Positions 10,606-22,015 are shown, counted from the first letter of the stretch. The stretch is 64,000 nt of DNA from Bacillota bacterium (GCA_050952625.1 JBMNLH010000001.1:832001-896000), one strand, 5' to 3'. Program-made: numbers and translations. The notes: generated by a model from the letters alone, not told the origin.

Positions 10606-11811
10606 GTGACAAAAGTTCGGGTTTTAGTTGTAGATGATTCGGCATTTATGCGCAAGGTTATATCCGATATTATTACGTCCGACTCCCAAATGAAAGTCGT
10701 CGGGTTGGCCCGTAATGGTCAAGAAGCAATTCAAAAGGTTCAGGAATTAAGGCCAGATGTGATAACGCTGGACATTGAAATGCCGATAATGGATGGACTT
10801 ACTGCTTTGGAACAAATAATGAAAGTAAGGCCGACCCCAGTCGTGATGTTATCCAGTTTAACTCAAGCCGGGGCGGAGGCTACATTGGGGGCTTTGCAAC
10901 GAGGGGCTGTCGATTTTATTGCTAAACCGTCTGGATCTATTTCTTTGGATCTTGCCAAATTACAGGACGAGATAAGGCTGAAGATCAAAATAGCCGCTAT
11001 TGCCCGGATTTCCCGAATTCCCTTGCCGACCTCTAACACCAAAAACTCTCTGCCGATAAGAGATGCCGAGAGGTCAAGAACTGTTGGGACCAAGGCGAAT
11101 TTAATGCTTTCCCAATCAATGCCCAACTTCGATGAAGCAAAAGTTGAAGCACGAATTCAGGCAGATGTAGGAACGAAAAGTAATTCTGCTGGAATACCCT
11201 TTGAAGCTAATTCAGACTCAAAAGGCTCTCTAAATCGTTTAGTGTTAATCGGTACCTCAACTGGAGGCCCTAAAGCACTTAATGAAATAGTGCCGGCTTT
11301 ACCGCTAAATCGGGGGATGGCAGTCTTAATTGTCCAACATATGCCACCCGGCTTTACTAAATCTCTTGCCGAACGGTTAGACAGCGTTTCTGCTTTGCAC
11401 GTTAAAGAGGCAGTCGATGGAGAAGAAATCGTAGGAGGAACTGCTTACATTGCCCCAGGTGATTACCACTTGATGGTAAGGGTTGGTCGGGCTGGCTCAT
11501 CGCCCCGACTTTATGTAAGGTTAACCCGTGAGCCTCAGGTCTCAGGGCATCGACCTTCGGTGGATGTCATGCTGACCTCGGTTGCCGAAAATTTTTGGGG
11601 ACATATGGTGGCAGTGATTCTAACCGGGATGGGACAGGATGGGACCAAGGGGATGAAAGCGTTGAAATTAAAACAGTGTCGAACTATCGCTGAAGATGAG
11701 TCTACTTGCGTGGTGTTTGGTATGCCTAAATCGGCAATTGAGGCGGGAGTAGTGGACCGGGTTGTCCCATTACATCGGGTGGCTGCTGAAATAAAGAAGA
11801 TGTTATATTAA
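10606..11811 (+). CDS. cheB: Chemotaxis methylesterase CheB
   Basis: Receiver domain plus GTSTGGP, QHMPPGFT, HRPSVD, LTGMGQDG. Confidence 0.97.
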   Translation: MTKVRVLVVDDSAFMRKVISDIITSDSQMKVVGLARNGQEAIQKVQELRPDVITLDIEMPIMDGLTALEQIMKVRPTPVVMLSSLTQAGAEATLGALQRGAVDFIAKPSGSISLDLAKLQDEIRLKIKIAAIARISRIPLPTSNTKNSLPIRDAERSRTVGTKANLMLSQSMPNFDEAKVEARIQADVGTKSNSAGIPFEANSDSKGSLNRLVLIGTSTGGPKALNEIVPALPLNRGMAVLIVQHMPPGFTKSLAERLDSVSALHVKEAVDGEEIVGGTAYIAPGDYHLMVRVGRAGSSPRLYVRLTREPQVSGHRPSVDVMLTSVAENFWGHMVAVILTGMGQDGTKGMKALKLKQCRTIAEDESTCVVFGMPKSAIEAGVVDRVVPLHRVAAEIKKMLY

Positions 11812-11851
11812 GTTGATCGCTATACGGACGTGGTAAGGGAGGTAGGAAAAG

Positions 11852-13852
11852 ATGGATTTATCTCAGTATATGGATATTTTCTTGATCGAGTCTAAAGAAC
11901 ACTTATTGAACCTTAATCAATCTTTGCTAGAATTGGAATCAAACCCACAGAATAAAGTAATCTTGGATGAAATTTTTCGAGCAGCCCATACCCTGAAAGG
12001 GATGGCGTCCACTATGGGATTTGAGAATGTGGCAGACCTTACGCATGTGATGGAAAACGTTCTCTCTGGTTTGCGCAATCAAGAAGTCACTATAAGCAAT
12101 CAACTCATTGACCTATTGTTTCAATGCCTGGATTCCTTACAAAATATGATTGAGTCTATCGAGGCTGGAAAGAATGACAACCTTCCGGTAAATCAACTGA
12201 TTCAGCTATTACAAGATGCAGCTAATGGTCTGAATATAAATGAGCAACCAGAGACAGAAGCTAATCCCATTAAACTGGTGGCTCATGAGTTGGAGCTCAA
12301 TGATTATGATGTTAATATGATTGTCGAGGCCTATCAAAAAGGGTTCAGGGCTTATCATATTGGAATTGAGGTCGCTTCTGATTCACTGATGAAATCAGTC
12401 CGGGCTTTTATGGTGTTCAGGAACCTGGAAGAAGTGGGGGAAATCATAAAATGCAACCCTCCAGCGCAAGTGCTTGAAGAGGGTAATTTTGAAAATGGGT
12501 TTGATCTTATTCTGATAACTAAAGAAGGAGCCGCATCAATTACCGAACGGGTACACACGATTTCTGAGATTAAACTGGCGAAGTGTGCTTTACTTGAATT
12601 GCCGCCTGAAGAGCTAGGACAGGAAAATAATGACGTCCAGTCCGACCAGGCTAGACAAAATATGGATTTGACCGAAGACCAGCCTAATTCGTTACGACAG
12701 CCGGCCAAAGTCCGTCAGACAGTTAGAGTAGATATTGAGCGACTGGATAAATTAATGAATCTAGTTGGGGAATTAGTAATCAACAAAACCCGCCTGCAAC
12801 AGATTGGGCAAGCCAATAATTTGATCGAGCTTAATGAAACTGTGGAACAGTTTGATCGAATATCTACTGATTTACAGAGTCTAGTGATGAAGGTTCGCAT
12901 GGTTCCGGTAGAGCAGGTATTTAATCGATTTCCGCGGATGGTTAGAGACTTGGCTAAAGATCTGGGCAAAGAAATTAGATTTGTTATTGAAGGAAAAGAA
13001 ACTGAACTTGATCGGACCGTTATCGACGAAATTGGCGATCCGCTGGTCCATTTATTAAGAAATTCAATCGACCATGGAATAGAAGGTTCCGATGCCCGGA
13101 AAGCAGCTGGTAAAAGTAGTGAGGGATTTGTTCGCTTGGTGGCCCGGCATGAGGGTAATAATGTAATCATTGAGGTAGAAGATGATGGTCGAGGGATTGA
13201 CCCTGAACGGGTTCGGGCCCGCGCAGTCTCTTTAGGACTACTTAATAAAGATTCCGATCTAGCGGATGACAGTTCCATTCTTAATTTTATTTTTCAGCCG
13301 GGGTTTAGTACCGCTGAGCAAATAACTGAATTATCAGGCCGAGGTGTCGGGTTGGATGTGGTCCGCTCCAAAATTGAAGCCCTCAGTGGAACAGTTACCG
13401 TAGAAAGCAAACTTGGAGCCGGGGCTAAGTTTAAGGTGCGCTTACCATTAACCTTGGCGATTATTCAGGCATTATTAATTAATGTTGCGCAAGAAACCTA
13501 TGCGATTCCTTTAAGCGCGGTTGATGAGACAGTGGCTATTACCCTAGAGAATATCAAACAAGTCCAAAATCAGGAAGTAGTCGTGCTGCGAGGGAAAGTC
13601 CTGCCAGTTATTCGCCTGCACAATCTACTAAATATAGCAGATCGTATTAATGGAGAGCGAGTCTTTCATGTTGTTATTGTACGAAAAGGTGATAAACAAG
13701 CCGGCTTAATTGTTGACTCGCTGATCGGCCAACAGGAGATTGTCATAAAATCTCTGGGCAAATTATTAACCGGTATACCTGGACTAGCTGGAGCAACTAT
13801 TCTAGGCAACGGAGAGGTTTCTTTAATACTCGACGTGGGAACCTTGTTTTAG
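11852..13852 (+). CDS. cheA: Chemotaxis histidine kinase CheA
   Basis: Hpt FRAAHTLKG, HLLRNSIDHG, DDGRG, SGRGVGLDVV, CheW domain. Confidence 0.98.
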   Translation: MDLSQYMDIFLIESKEHLLNLNQSLLELESNPQNKVILDEIFRAAHTLKGMASTMGFENVADLTHVMENVLSGLRNQEVTISNQLIDLLFQCLDSLQNMIESIEAGKNDNLPVNQLIQLLQDAANGLNINEQPETEANPIKLVAHELELNDYDVNMIVEAYQKGFRAYHIGIEVASDSLMKSVRAFMVFRNLEEVGEIIKCNPPAQVLEEGNFENGFDLILITKEGAASITERVHTISEIKLAKCALLELPPEELGQENNDVQSDQARQNMDLTEDQPNSLRQPAKVRQTVRVDIERLDKLMNLVGELVINKTRLQQIGQANNLIELNETVEQFDRISTDLQSLVMKVRMVPVEQVFNRFPRMVRDLAKDLGKEIRFVIEGKETELDRTVIDEIGDPLVHLLRNSIDHGIEGSDARKAAGKSSEGFVRLVARHEGNNVIIEVEDDGRGIDPERVRARAVSLGLLNKDSDLADDSSILNFIFQPGFSTAEQITELSGRGVGLDVVRSKIEALSGTVTVESKLGAGAKFKVRLPLTLAIIQALLINVAQETYAIPLSAVDETVAITLENIKQVQNQEVVVLRGKVLPVIRLHNLLNIADRINGERVFHVVIVRKGDKQAGLIVDSLIGQQEIVIKSLGKLLTGIPGLAGATILGNGEVSLILDVGTLF

Positions 13853-13864
13853 GAGGGATTTAGG

Positions 13865-14326
13865 GTGAGTAATGATCAAGCCGGATTCAGTAATGAACTA
13901 CAACTGGTATCCTTTATCTTAGGCCAGGAAGAGTATGCTCTCGATATTTTGTTGGTTCAAGAAATTATCCGCATGTTGCGAATTACCCGGGTACCCAGGG
14001 CACCGCATTATATTGAGGGTGTGGTTAATCTGCGCGGAAATGTGATCCCGGTTTTTGATTTGCACCGGCGTTTTGGCCTGTCAGAACGAGTAAATAGTGA
14101 GCGGACCCGGATCATCGTGGTTAAAGTGCAGGAAATTACTGCTGGTTTAGTTGTCGACGGAGTATCCGAGGTACTCCGTTTACCCCAGGCCGCGGTTGAG
14201 CCCGTTTCTTCGCTGGTAACTGCTGTAGACACAGATTATATCCAGGGAATCGGCAAAAAAGATAATCGGCTTTTAATCATGTTAAACATTAACCGTGTAT
14301 TAGGGATTGAGGGCTTAGATTATTAA
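13865..14326 (+). CDS. cheW: Chemotaxis coupling protein CheW
   Basis: GVVNLRGNVIPV, GLVVDGVSEV. Confidence 0.96.
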   Translation: MSNDQAGFSNELQLVSFILGQEEYALDILLVQEIIRMLRITRVPRAPHYIEGVVNLRGNVIPVFDLHRRFGLSERVNSERTRIIVVKVQEITAGLVVDGVSEVLRLPQAAVEPVSSLVTAVDTDYIQGIGKKDNRLLIMLNINRVLGIEGLDY

Positions 14327-14358
14327 TTATCTTAGCGGGCGAATGAGGTGCTTAATCA

Positions 14359-14979
14359 ATGATTGATGAGTTTACTCAATTATCCGATTTTCAACTGGAT
14401 GCTCTAAGGGAGATTGGCAATATAGGTGCCGGTAATGCCGCTACATCTTTATCCATGATGATTAATCGTCGGATTGAAATGAGCGTACCTCAATTGACCG
14501 TACTGCCTTTTTCTGAACTGTCTTACGCAATCGGAGGACCTGAAACGCTGGTAGTCGGAGTGTATTTACAGGTACAGGGAATGTCTCCTTGCGGTATTTT
14601 GTTTCTACTTCCTCATGATAGTTCCCTAAAATTAGCGGAAATGTTATTGGATAAACCATCTGGTTCTATTAAAGTAATGGGAGAGATGGAACATTCTGCT
14701 TTAATGGAATTGGGGAATATTTTAGCTGGAGCCTATCTGAATGCGCTGGCCATGTTTACTGACTTGGAACTTTTTCCTTCGGTCCCTTCATTAGCTACTG
14801 ATATGTCTGGGGCGATTTTAAGTGCGGTTGTCTTTTCTCTGGGGGAGGTTGCTGATCATGCTCTACTAATCGAAACTAAGTTTACAGAGGATAACCAACA
14901 AGTTGTGGGGCATTTTCTTTTATTACCCGAACCAGGGTCACTTGATATAATCCTGGAACGGCTTGGAGTGAATATTTAA
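14359..14979 (+). CDS. cheC: Chemotaxis phosphatase CheC
   Basis: DALREIGNIGAGNAATSLS and SALMELGNIL motifs. Confidence 0.95.
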   Translation: MIDEFTQLSDFQLDALREIGNIGAGNAATSLSMMINRRIEMSVPQLTVLPFSELSYAIGGPETLVVGVYLQVQGMSPCGILFLLPHDSSLKLAEMLLDKPSGSIKVMGEMEHSALMELGNILAGAYLNALAMFTDLELFPSVPSLATDMSGAILSAVVFSLGEVADHALLIETKFTEDNQQVVGHFLLLPEPGSLDIILERLGVNI

Positions 14980-15464
14980 TGGCTAGAGTAGTTCAGGTAG
15001 GTATGGCAGATTATAAGGTAACGGTTAGTCCGAATACCTTAATGACTGCCGGGCTAGGTTCTTGCGTTGGGGTATGTTTATGGGATCCGGTAACGAGAAT
15101 TGGTGGATTAGCCCACATAATGCTGCCCTCAAGCGTTCAGGCGCGAAGAACTGATAGTAAAGGCAAATTTGCTGATACAGCCATTCTGGCGGTAATCCAG
15201 GAGATGAGTCGTTTGGGAGCTAACCCAACTCGTTTGGTAGCTAAAATCGCTGGCGGAGCCCAGATGTTTAATTTCGGTGGTACTACGGATATTATGCGAA
15301 TCGGCGATCGTAATGCACAGGCTGTTCAACAGGTATTGAAAAATGAAAAAATAAAGATCCTGTTTTCCGATACCGGCGGCAGTCATGGACGAACCATTTA
15401 TTTTATGACGGAAAATGGTAAACTCACTATTCGAACAATAGAGCATGGTGAGAGGGTTGTGTAA
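14979..15464 (+). CDS. cheD: Chemoreceptor glutamine deamidase CheD
   Basis: GLGSCVGVCL, GGLAHIMLP, KIAGGAQMF, DTGGSHGRT. Confidence 0.96.
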   Translation: MARVVQVGMADYKVTVSPNTLMTAGLGSCVGVCLWDPVTRIGGLAHIMLPSSVQARRTDSKGKFADTAILAVIQEMSRLGANPTRLVAKIAGGAQMFNFGGTTDIMRIGDRNAQAVQQVLKNEKIKILFSDTGGSHGRTIYFMTENGKLTIRTIEHGERVV

Positions 15465-15466
15465 TT

Positions 15467-16243
15467 ATGGCTGAACCTAAAATAAAACAACCCTGGCTTC
15501 GGTATAAACAGCAGGGGGATATTTCGGCAAGAGATAACCTGATTACCCAATATGTTTATTTGGTCAGGCAGGTAGCTGGTCGGTTAAGCATGGGACTTTC
15601 ATCCCAGGTTGAGCTGGATGATCTAATCGGGAACGGAGTTTTTGGATTATTGGATGCGATCGAAAAGTTCGATCCAACTAGAGGAGTAAAATTCGAAACT
15701 TACGCCGTTACCCGGATTAGGGGAGCAATATTAGACGGTCTGCGTGCTATGGATTGGGTCCCTCAATCAGTGCGCCAGAAAAGCAGAATGTTAGAGAAAA
15801 CATATCAAAAGCTGGAACAAGAATTAGCCAGGCCAGCGAGTGACCAGGAAGTTGCGCAAGCTTTAGGTCTAAACGATTTAGAATTTGATCGATTATTAGT
15901 GGAAGTGAGTCATACATCCTTATTCTACCTTGAGGATATGTGGCTCGGGGAGTCGAGCGACGATGATTCCCTCCGTATTATCGATACCCTGGAGGATCCA
16001 ACTATTGAAGAACCTACGGCCCGTTTAGAACATGAGGAGCTAAAAAATCTCCTGGCAGAAGCAATAGATAAACTGCCAGACCGAGAGAGACTAGTCATCT
16101 CACTATACTACTACGAAGCCCTAACCCTCAAAGAAATCGGAGCAGTCCTCGGATTATCCGAATCCCGCATATCTCAACTACATACCAAAGCCATCCTAAG
16201 ACTACGCGGCCGCCTAAGCCGACAAAAAAAACGGATATTCTAG
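15467..16243 (+). CDS. sigD: FliA/WhiG-family sigma factor (sigma-D)
   Basis: FETYAVTRIRGAILDGLR, DWVPQS, LTLKEIGAVLGLSESRISQLH; at the end of the fla/che operon. Confidence 0.95.
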   Translation: MAEPKIKQPWLRYKQQGDISARDNLITQYVYLVRQVAGRLSMGLSSQVELDDLIGNGVFGLLDAIEKFDPTRGVKFETYAVTRIRGAILDGLRAMDWVPQSVRQKSRMLEKTYQKLEQELARPASDQEVAQALGLNDLEFDRLLVEVSHTSLFYLEDMWLGESSDDDSLRIIDTLEDPTIEEPTARLEHEELKNLLAEAIDKLPDRERLVISLYYYEALTLKEIGAVLGLSESRISQLHTKAILRLRGRLSRQKKRIF

Positions 16244-16363
16244 GAGCACCGTATCTAAAAGTCAGGAAAGAACTGTACAAACAGAAGTAGAACTTTAGCA
16301 CCGCAGAAACTGTGCGAAAAGCAAGAGGTGCGACTATTAAAATAAAAGGAGCACCGTATCTAA
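16242..16363. repeat. 17-bp perfect direct repeat AGGAGCACCGTATCTAA (16242-16258 and 16347-16363) enclosing an 88-bp partly structured spacer
   Basis: Both copies read directly; spacer contains GCACC...GGTGC stem with internal hairpins. Confidence 0.9.
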
Positions 16364-16409
16364 CTATTTTTATTAAGGATAAAGTAACTGCCGGTAGGAG
16401 GTGGGCATA

Positions 16410-17810
16410 ATGAAGAAACCCTATATTGGCGTATCAATTGAACAAGACAGCATGGCAGCTTACTTACAGGTTGAGAACGATGATGAAGATAATTATAAGG
16501 GTGATATTCAGGAACTATTCGAAATGGCTTTAGAGCGTCTTCAAGAGAAAGGGGTAAAGTATGGGATTGATGAAGCGGCAGTGCGAGATGCGGTTTCTGT
16601 ACGACGTGGAGAAAAGATGCTAGTAGCGGTGGGCAAACCCGTTGAGGAAGGTAAAGATGCGAGTATTACTTTTCATTACTTATCCGATAAAGAAAAAGCA
16701 GGACGACCGCAGGAGCGAGAAGATGGAACTGTTAATTTTTGGGATTTAAACTTGATTAACAATGTTCGGGCCGGTGATATTTTGGCGACCAAAACACCAT
16801 CGGTTTCCGGAAGTCCAGGAATTACGGTTACTGGCCAGATTATAAAACCGAAGCCAGTTAAAAACGCGACTCTCCGTCGGGGCAAAAACACATCTTTGGA
16901 GAACAATGGTTTAAAGTTGATTGCTACCCGAGACGGACACGTGGTAACAACGGCCGATGGAGTAATTAGTGTTTTGCCTGTTTTAACCGTTAACGGAAAT
17001 GTGGATGTGGCTACTGGCAATATATCATTTATCGGTGATGTAGTAATCCAGGGTAGCGTAAAACCCGGTTTTGCGGTCCGGGCTGAGAAAAATATAGAAG
17101 TCATTGGCAATGTTGAAGGGGGTTCACTTTTAGCTGGTGAATCTATTACGGTTAAAGGAGGCATCATAGGGCAAGGAAAGCACCGTGTCGTGGCTGGTGG
17201 CAGCCTGAAGGCGCGATTTATCGAAAATGGTATGGTTCAGGCAAGAGGCGATATTTTAATTAATGACGCTATACTAAATAGTACAGTCATCGCTGGAGGA
17301 CGGATCCAAGTGGAGGGCCGGCGAGGAACAATTGTCGGGGGCGAGACGCGAGCCACCTTTGAAATAAAAGCGAAAAATATCGGGTCACCCTTAACGCCTT
17401 TGACTCAGCTTGAAGTTGGTGTTAAGCCTGAATGGAAGGAAGAATTAAAGAAGATACTGGCAGAATTAAAATCAAAAACCAAAAACTTGGAAAAAAGTCG
17501 ACAAGTATCCAATATGTTGGTTCAATTAAAAAAGAACAAAGGCGAGCTGCCGAAAGATAAGCGGGAAACCCTGGAACGCCTGCAGTTCACCGAACAGCAG
17601 TTAGAACAAGAGATTGCAGAAGGGCAGAAGCGTAAACGAAAGTTGGAAGAAAAACTGTCCATGCTCACAACCGGTAAGATTAAAGTTCAGGGAACAATCT
17701 ATCCTGGAGTAACCGTTGTTATTGGAAATATAACGATGAGTATCAATGATCCGCTCCAATATTGTCAATTAGTAATAGAAAATGACGAAATCAAAATCCG
17801 TCCTTATTGA
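16410..17810 (+). CDS. FapA (DUF342) family protein
   Basis: GVKYGIDE, GKPVEEGKDA, VDVATGNISFIGDV, beta-helix repeats, GTIYPGV; follows sigD; AGGAGG upstream of ATG 16410. Confidence 0.9.
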   Translation: MKKPYIGVSIEQDSMAAYLQVENDDEDNYKGDIQELFEMALERLQEKGVKYGIDEAAVRDAVSVRRGEKMLVAVGKPVEEGKDASITFHYLSDKEKAGRPQEREDGTVNFWDLNLINNVRAGDILATKTPSVSGSPGITVTGQIIKPKPVKNATLRRGKNTSLENNGLKLIATRDGHVVTTADGVISVLPVLTVNGNVDVATGNISFIGDVVIQGSVKPGFAVRAEKNIEVIGNVEGGSLLAGESITVKGGIIGQGKHRVVAGGSLKARFIENGMVQARGDILINDAILNSTVIAGGRIQVEGRRGTIVGGETRATFEIKAKNIGSPLTPLTQLEVGVKPEWKEELKKILAELKSKTKNLEKSRQVSNMLVQLKKNKGELPKDKRETLERLQFTEQQLEQEIAEGQKRKRKLEEKLSMLTTGKIKVQGTIYPGVTVVIGNITMSINDPLQYCQLVIENDEIKIRPY

Positions 17811-17868
17811 ATGATTCTTGAAGGTAGCGAAATCTTGTTGGTTAGGTATTTCAAAGGGGGTGTTGGTT

Positions 17869-18183
17869 TTGTCAGTTAAAATGGTGGATATGCAGGTTCT
17901 TATACCGAAAGTACAAGAGGTGGCGAAAACTCAGCAAATCCAGCAGCAGGGGCTACCGAACCAGCAAGCGAGCTTAGCGGCTCAGTTACGTCAAGAAGCA
18001 GCCCATAAGCAAAGTAGTGTTCAAGAAACTCCCCAAAGTGAAGAGAGTAAGATTCTTGATCAGGAAAAGGAGCGAAAGAATCGGGATGAGCCAAGAAACC
18101 GGAAAAAGAAAGATGAGAAACAACGGCTAGCTAGTTCATCTAAAGATCCTCGTTTGGGTAATAAAGTAGATATAATAATATGA
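17869..18183 (+). CDS. Conserved hypothetical protein
   Basis: VDMQVLIPKVQEVAK N-terminus and LGNKVDI C-terminus typical of the gene following fapA; SD AAAGGGGG before TTG 17869. Confidence 0.7.
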   Translation: MSVKMVDMQVLIPKVQEVAKTQQIQQQGLPNQQASLAAQLRQEAAHKQSSVQETPQSEESKILDQEKERKNRDEPRNRKKKDEKQRLASSSKDPRLGNKVDIII

Positions 18184-18241
18184 ATTAATGCGGTTTAACA
18201 ATTATCATATCATTTTAAGAGTGGCTACAGGGGGGCTTGGT

Positions 18242-19039
18242 ATGGTTTGGGCTTTATTAGTATTAGGCCTAGGCGGGGTTTTGTTAGCAATGATGTATAA
18301 GAATAAATCGGCTGCGCCAGAATCTCTGTCTCCAGAATTAAAAAGTCGGAAACTTAAAGATTTGGATCAATTGCTTGAAGAAAGTGTCTTAGTTAAGGAA
18401 GACCTGGAGAGACTTTTGGTTGAGGCGACCAGAGTCTCCAGTAAGATCCAAAATGAGCTTTCCAGACAGATTGAATTTCTACGGCAATTGGCAATTGATG
18501 AAACAAGACCGTTATCATGGTCAGAATCACATGATCAAGAAAATAGCGCACACAAAAATGTTGCTAGGGCAAAACGAAACCGGACTAGCCAGAGTCACAT
18601 GGAGCCCGGACAGAATTGCCTTAAACCAATGGAAGCTAACAGAGGTCGGGTGGTGGTTAAGTCGGTTCAATGGGCACCTTTTGAAAACCCCGAGACCGAC
18701 TATGCTCAGATGGATGAAAACAAGACGATTGCCGGTTCCCAAAGGATAGATCCTGATTTGATTAGACCGGGTACTTTAGAAGGAATGAGGCAAAAGAGAA
18801 CTGAGGAGAGAGAAAAAAATCCAGCAAACTCAGTCATCCATCTCTATCCGGCAGCAAAGACCCAGACTAGTCGGAGCAGTAGTTATGATCAAATCTGTAG
18901 AATGGCTAATGAAGGTTATTCAGCATTAAGGATTGCGGAAACAACTGGGATAGGTCTGGGAGAAGTTCAACTGGTTTTAGATATATATCGCAAGAATAGA
19001 GTGCCGGCAGGGATACCAGAAAGTTTTTCTACGATTTAG
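18242..19039 (+). CDS. Membrane-anchored coiled-coil protein with C-terminal HTH-like domain (DUF6115/SwrB-like position)
   Basis: N-terminal TM, C-terminal GYSALRIAETTGIGLGEVQLVL; last gene before rpsB. Confidence 0.7.
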   Translation: MVWALLVLGLGGVLLAMMYKNKSAAPESLSPELKSRKLKDLDQLLEESVLVKEDLERLLVEATRVSSKIQNELSRQIEFLRQLAIDETRPLSWSESHDQENSAHKNVARAKRNRTSQSHMEPGQNCLKPMEANRGRVVVKSVQWAPFENPETDYAQMDENKTIAGSQRIDPDLIRPGTLEGMRQKRTEEREKNPANSVIHLYPAAKTQTSRSSSYDQICRMANEGYSALRIAETTGIGLGEVQLVLDIYRKNRVPAGIPESFSTI

Positions 19040-19064
19040 TAAGATGGATAAGCATTTTAATTGT

Positions 19065-19093
19065 TTGCTTTCAAATATCTCATATGATAAACT
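19065..19093 (+). promoter_or_regulatory. sigma-A promoter of rpsB-tsf
   Basis: TTGCTT-N17-TAAACT with extended -10 TG. Confidence 0.75.
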
Positions 19094-19099
19094 AATAAA

Positions 19100-19205
19100 T
19101 GGTGCAAAAATACACACGTTGCCCAATCCTAGATCTGGTGCTTTTGTTTTTCAAAAGTAAGTCGGGAAATGCGGGGACGGAGGCAAAACCAGGAAGGAGG
19201 TGTGA
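19100..19205 (+). ncRNA. rpsB 5' leader (S2 autoregulatory RNA)
   Basis: ACACACG...GGTGC...CGGAGG elements recalled from rpsB leaders; position. Confidence 0.6.
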
Positions 19206-19210
19206 TCATC

Positions 19211-19924
19211 ATGGCAGTTATTTCAATGAAACAGCTTCTGGAAGCGGGAGTACACTTTGGCCATCAGACTAGACGCTGGAATCCAAAAATGGCCCCCTTT
19301 ATTTTCACCGAACGTAACGGGATTTACATTATTGACTTGCAAAAAACCGTTCGTAAGGTGGATGAGGCCTACGCTTTTATTCGCGATGTAATTGCCCAAA
19401 AGAAATCCGTCCTTTTTGTCGGGACAAAGAAACAGGCTCAGGAGGCAGTTCGCGAAGAAGCCCAGCGTTGTGAACAGTTTTATGTTAATGAACGTTGGTT
19501 GGGTGGTATGCTAACTAACTTTCATACTATTCAGAAGCGAATCCAGCGACTGAGGGAATTAGAGCGGATGGAGCAAGATGGAACTTTTGAGGTTCTTCCG
19601 AAAAAAGAAGTGTCTCGGTTGATGGGGGAAAAGGAAAAACTCGACCGATTCTTAGGCGGCATCAAGGACATGAAAGAATTACCCGGGGCTATGTTTGTGA
19701 TTGATCCGCGAAAAGAACGGATTGCAGTGGCAGAAGCTCGTCGGCTGGGCATCCCAATAGTGGCAATTGTCGATACTAATTGTGATCCAGATGAAATTGA
19801 TTACGTTATCCCAGGTAATGATGACGCAATCAGGGCAGTTAAACTGCTGACTGGAAAAATGGCTGAGGCGGTTCTCGAGTCCAAGCAAGGACAGCAGATG
19901 ACCGTGGAGGAGCAAACTGAATAA
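19211..19924 (+). CDS. rpsB: 30S ribosomal protein S2
   Basis: [27 protein letters not shown]; SD AAGGAGG. Confidence 0.99.
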   Translation: MAVISMKQLLEAGVHFGHQTRRWNPKMAPFIFTERNGIYIIDLQKTVRKVDEAYAFIRDVIAQKKSVLFVGTKKQAQEAVREEAQRCEQFYVNERWLGGMLTNFHTIQKRIQRLRELERMEQDGTFEVLPKKEVSRLMGEKEKLDRFLGGIKDMKELPGAMFVIDPRKERIAVAEARRLGIPIVAIVDTNCDPDEIDYVIPGNDDAIRAVKLLTGKMAEAVLESKQGQQMTVEEQTE

Positions 19925-19931
19925 GGTAATG

Positions 19932-19987
19932 AGTAGGGGTAGGGGTGACCGAGGGGAAAGATTTCCCTAACTCTTATCCCTACTTTT
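19932..19987 (+). terminator. Long stem-loop between rpsB and tsf (terminator/attenuator-like)
   Basis: AGTAGGGGTAGGGGT pairs with ACTCTTATCCCTACT (with G-U pairs), followed by TTT. Confidence 0.6.
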
Positions 19988-20043
19988 ATGTATAAGCCGA
20001 CGTTTTCAAACGTTTATTGATAAAGCCGGAGGTGGATAGTTCA

Positions 20044-21452
<1,409 letters not shown>

Positions 21453-21456
21453 AGAA

Positions 21457-22014
21457 ATGGCTGATGAATATCTTAAAGATGCGGAAGATAGAATGCAAAA
21501 GAGTGTCGAAAACCTCAAGCGGGAATTTGCTTCACTAAGAGCCGGCAGGGCTAATCCAGCTCTGCTAGAACGGGTGTTAGTGGATTATTATGGTACACCC
21601 ACTCCAATTAATCAGGTAGGAAATATCGGCGTTCCTGAGCCTCGATTGCTAGTTATCCAGCCCTGGGACCGCAGTCTAATTCCGGTTATTGAAAAGGCTA
21701 TTCTCAAGTCCGATCTTGGTATTACTCCGAGCAGTGATGGTAATGTAGTCCGGATCGCCATTCCCCAGTTAACCCAGGAACGACGTAAGGAATTAGTCAA
21801 AGTGATCAAAAAAAGGGCTGAGGAAGCACGGGTAGCAGTCCGGAACATTCGACGCGATGCGATGGATCAATTAAAGGCGCGGGAAAAAAAGGGAGAGATC
21901 TCTGAAGACATTATGCGCCGAGAACAGGATTCCCTGCAGAAGGTTACCGATAATACCATCAAAGTCATTGATAAACTAGCTGAGTCCAAAGAACAGGAAG
22001 TCATGGAAGTATAA
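21457..22014 (+). CDS. frr: Ribosome recycling factor
   Basis: [32 protein letters not shown]. Confidence 0.98.
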   Translation: MADEYLKDAEDRMQKSVENLKREFASLRAGRANPALLERVLVDYYGTPTPINQVGNIGVPEPRLLVIQPWDRSLIPVIEKAILKSDLGITPSSDGNVVRIAIPQLTQERRKELVKVIKKRAEEARVAVRNIRRDAMDQLKAREKKGEISEDIMRREQDSLQKVTDNTIKVIDKLAESKEQEVMEV

Positions 22015-22015
22015 T

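Noticed and set aside
12355-13278. Long antisense ORFs inside cheA (and similar ones in flhA, fapA, infB, pnp, polC)
   Set aside because: Shadow frames of conserved genes; Ser/Ile-rich with no SD.
16076-16243. Diversity-generating retroelement variable region
   Set aside because: No template repeat or reverse transcriptase in the window; the changes are synonymous and move toward A/C, unlike A-to-N diversification.
16242-16363. CRISPR mini-array or c-di-GMP riboswitch
   Set aside because: Only two 17-bp repeats with an 88-bp spacer, no cas genes, and no GEMM (GGCAAA...GCAAAG) consensus.
16371-16397. sigma-D promoter before fapA
   Set aside because: GCCGGTAG only partly matches the -10, and there is no TAAA at 15-bp spacing.
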